From: Candidatus Poriferihabitaceae bacterium
Lineage (GTDB): Bacteria; Pseudomonadota; Gammaproteobacteria; Arenicellales; Poriferihabitantaceae
NCBI GenBank assembly: GCA_965208975.1
Contig: CBDBQH010000003.1
Coordinates: forward strand, 1,348,792 to 1,412,791
DNA length: 64,000 bases
Reading direction: 5' to 3'
Shown: piece after piece, positions 62,743-64,000 of the stretch
Layout of the letters: each line of letters opens with the position of its first letter
Position numbering within the stretch: position 1 is the first letter of the stretch
Notes under the pieces: model-generated
The model's input: only the letters and a program-made list of their open reading frames with translations
What the model was told of the DNA's origin: nothing
Database searches by the model: none
Translations under genes and position numbers: made by a program

Positions 62743-64000
62743 ATGGAAAATAAACTGCTCAGTGTACTGATCTGGCTTCCTGTTCTTGCCGGCCTGCTGG
62801 CGCTGGCGATCGGGGATGATCGGCGCGCCGATATCACGCGCAAACTGGCCCTTGGATTTTCTATTGTAATCTTTCTGCTCAGCATCCCCCTGTATACCGG
62901 GTTCGACCCGACTACTGCCCGCATGCAGTTCACCGAGCATTATCGGTGGCTGGAATCGTTCAATATTTTCTACTCGCTCGGGGTGGATGGCATTTCGATG
63001 CCGTTGATTCTGTTGACCACCCTGTTGACCGTGGTGGTCGTGATCGCGAGCTGGCAGGTCATTCAACAGCGGGTCGCGCAATACATGGCAGCTTTCCTGA
63101 TTATGGAAGGTATCATGATCGGCGTATTTTCTGCGCTGGACTCGATTTTATTCTATGTCTTCTGGGAGGCCATGCTGATTCCGATGTTTCTGATAATCGG
63201 AATATGGGGCGGCCCCAATCGCATCTATGCAACGATCAAGTTTTTCCTGTATACCCTGCTGGGTTCACTGCTGATGCTGGTGGCTCTGATCTGGTTGCAC
63301 AATGCCAGCGGCGGAAGTTTCAGCATTCTCGATTTCCACCGTTTGCCCTTGCCGCTGGATGCCCAGATACTGATCTTTCTGGCTTTTTTCGCTGCTTTTG
63401 CCGTCAAGGTTCCAATGTTTCCGGTCCATACCTGGTTGCCCGATGCCCATGTCGAGGCGCCGACCGGAGGTTCCGTCATCCTGGCCGCGATCATGTTGAA
63501 GATGGGTGGCTATGGCTTTATCCGGTTCAGTATGCCGATTGCCCCCGATGCCAGCCACCAACTCGCATGGCTGATGATCGGACTCTCCCTGATCGCGGTG
63601 GTCTATATCGCCCTGGTCGCGCTGGTGCAGCAGGACATGAAAAAACTGATCGCCTATTCGTCGATCTCCCACATGGGTTTTGTTACTTTGGGGTTATTCG
63701 TCTTCAACTCGCAGGGAGTGGAAGGCGCGATGATGCAAATGATTTCCCATGGATTTATTTCCGGCGCCCTGTTCCTGTGTGTTGGCGTACTTTATGACCG
63801 CTTGCACTCGCGCAGGATTGACAGTTACCGCGGCATTGCGACTCCGATGCCTGTTTTTGCCGCATTTATGGTTCTGTTCGCGATGGCCAATGCCGGACTG
63901 CCCGGAACCTCCGGCTTCGTCGGCGAATTCCTGGTCATCCTCGGCTCTTTCAGGGTCAACCCCTGGTTCGCCATTTTTGCCGCGCTGACTCTGGTGTTCG
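62743..64000 (+). CDS. nuoM: NADH-quinone oxidoreductase subunit M (5' part; runs off the window end)
   Basis: Absent from the ORF track because no stop is reached. ATG 62743, frame open to nt 64000. My translation reads MENKLLSVLIWLPVLAG...GVDGISMPLILLTTLL...PVHTWLPDAHVEAPTGGSVILAAIMLKMGGYG...GVLYDRLHSRRIDSYRGIA. Confidence 0.9.
   Translation, partial: MENKLLSVLIWLPVLAGLLALAIGDDRRADITRKLALGFSIVIFLLSIPLYTGFDPTTARMQFTEHYRWLESFNIFYSLGVDGISMPLILLTTLLTVVVVIASWQVIQQRVAQYMAAFLIMEGIMIGVFSALDSILFYVFWEAMLIPMFLIIGIWGGPNRIYATIKFFLYTLLGSLLMLVALIWLHNASGGSFSILDFHRLPLPLDAQILIFLAFFAAFAVKVPMFPVHTWLPDAHVEAPTGGSVILAAIMLKMGGYGFIRFSMPIAPDASHQLAWLMIGLSLIAVVYIALVALVQQDMKKLIAYSSISHMGFVTLGLFVFNSQGVEGAMMQMISHGFISGALFLCVGVLYDRLHSRRIDSYRGIATPMPVFAAFMVLFAMANAGLPGTSGFVGEFLVILGSFRVNPWFAIFAALTLVF

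Noticed and set aside
62946-63797. 283-aa plus-strand ORF listed in the track
   Set aside because: It is an out-of-frame shadow of nuoM. The nuoM frame (ATG 62743) gives a clean NuoM sequence through to the window end and is missing from the track only because it has no stop.

Overview
This is a 64-kb chromosomal window with gammaproteobacterial-type gene order. The backbone is G+C-rich; a spot count at 16561-16620 gives 36/60 G+C. Backbone housekeeping blocks are lptG-lptF divergent from pepA-holC-valS, then fabA-fabB, a COX15/CtaA heme A synthase, frmA, gor, tRNA-His/tRNA-Leu-tig-clpP-clpX, yhhQ, and a complete nuoA-nuoL operon with the 5' part of nuoM running off the window end. nuoC and nuoD are separate genes. 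There are two TRAP transporter operons.

The first TRAP operon sits in a LysR-associated catabolic cluster (821-9019). That cluster has a DHDPS-family enzyme, an aldehyde dehydrogenase, an aspartate-dehydrogenase homologue and 3-hydroxyanthranilate 3,4-dioxygenase. An ~80-bp promoter/operator module occurs twice in it.

Accessory material:
- A vsr-dcm pair with no visible restriction enzyme (23180-25018).
- An AT-rich ~9.4-kb defence island (about 28992-38395; spot count 20/60 G+C at 35281-35340). It carries a SLATT-like 2-TM protein, a type III R-M system (Mod, a 75-aa ORF, Res), a TIR-like plus SLATT/DUF4231 gene pair, and an OLD-type ABC-ATPase/TOPRIM gene split by a 14-bp tandem duplication.
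- Two colinear 687-bp direct repeats, each with an RHH gene 5' part and an IS4-type transposase fragment. They bracket the island together with trhO, a DUF1737 gene and a truncated ABC-transporter gene.

Other notable signals:
- A C23 homopolymer lies between a good RBS/ATG and the signal peptide of a secreted protein. It is a candidate phase-variable locus, currently out of frame.
- A REP-like hairpin cluster.
- An intra-operon terminator after the first TRAP dctP.

No rRNA or CRISPR was seen. All family calls rest on motif recognition by eye; no searches were run.
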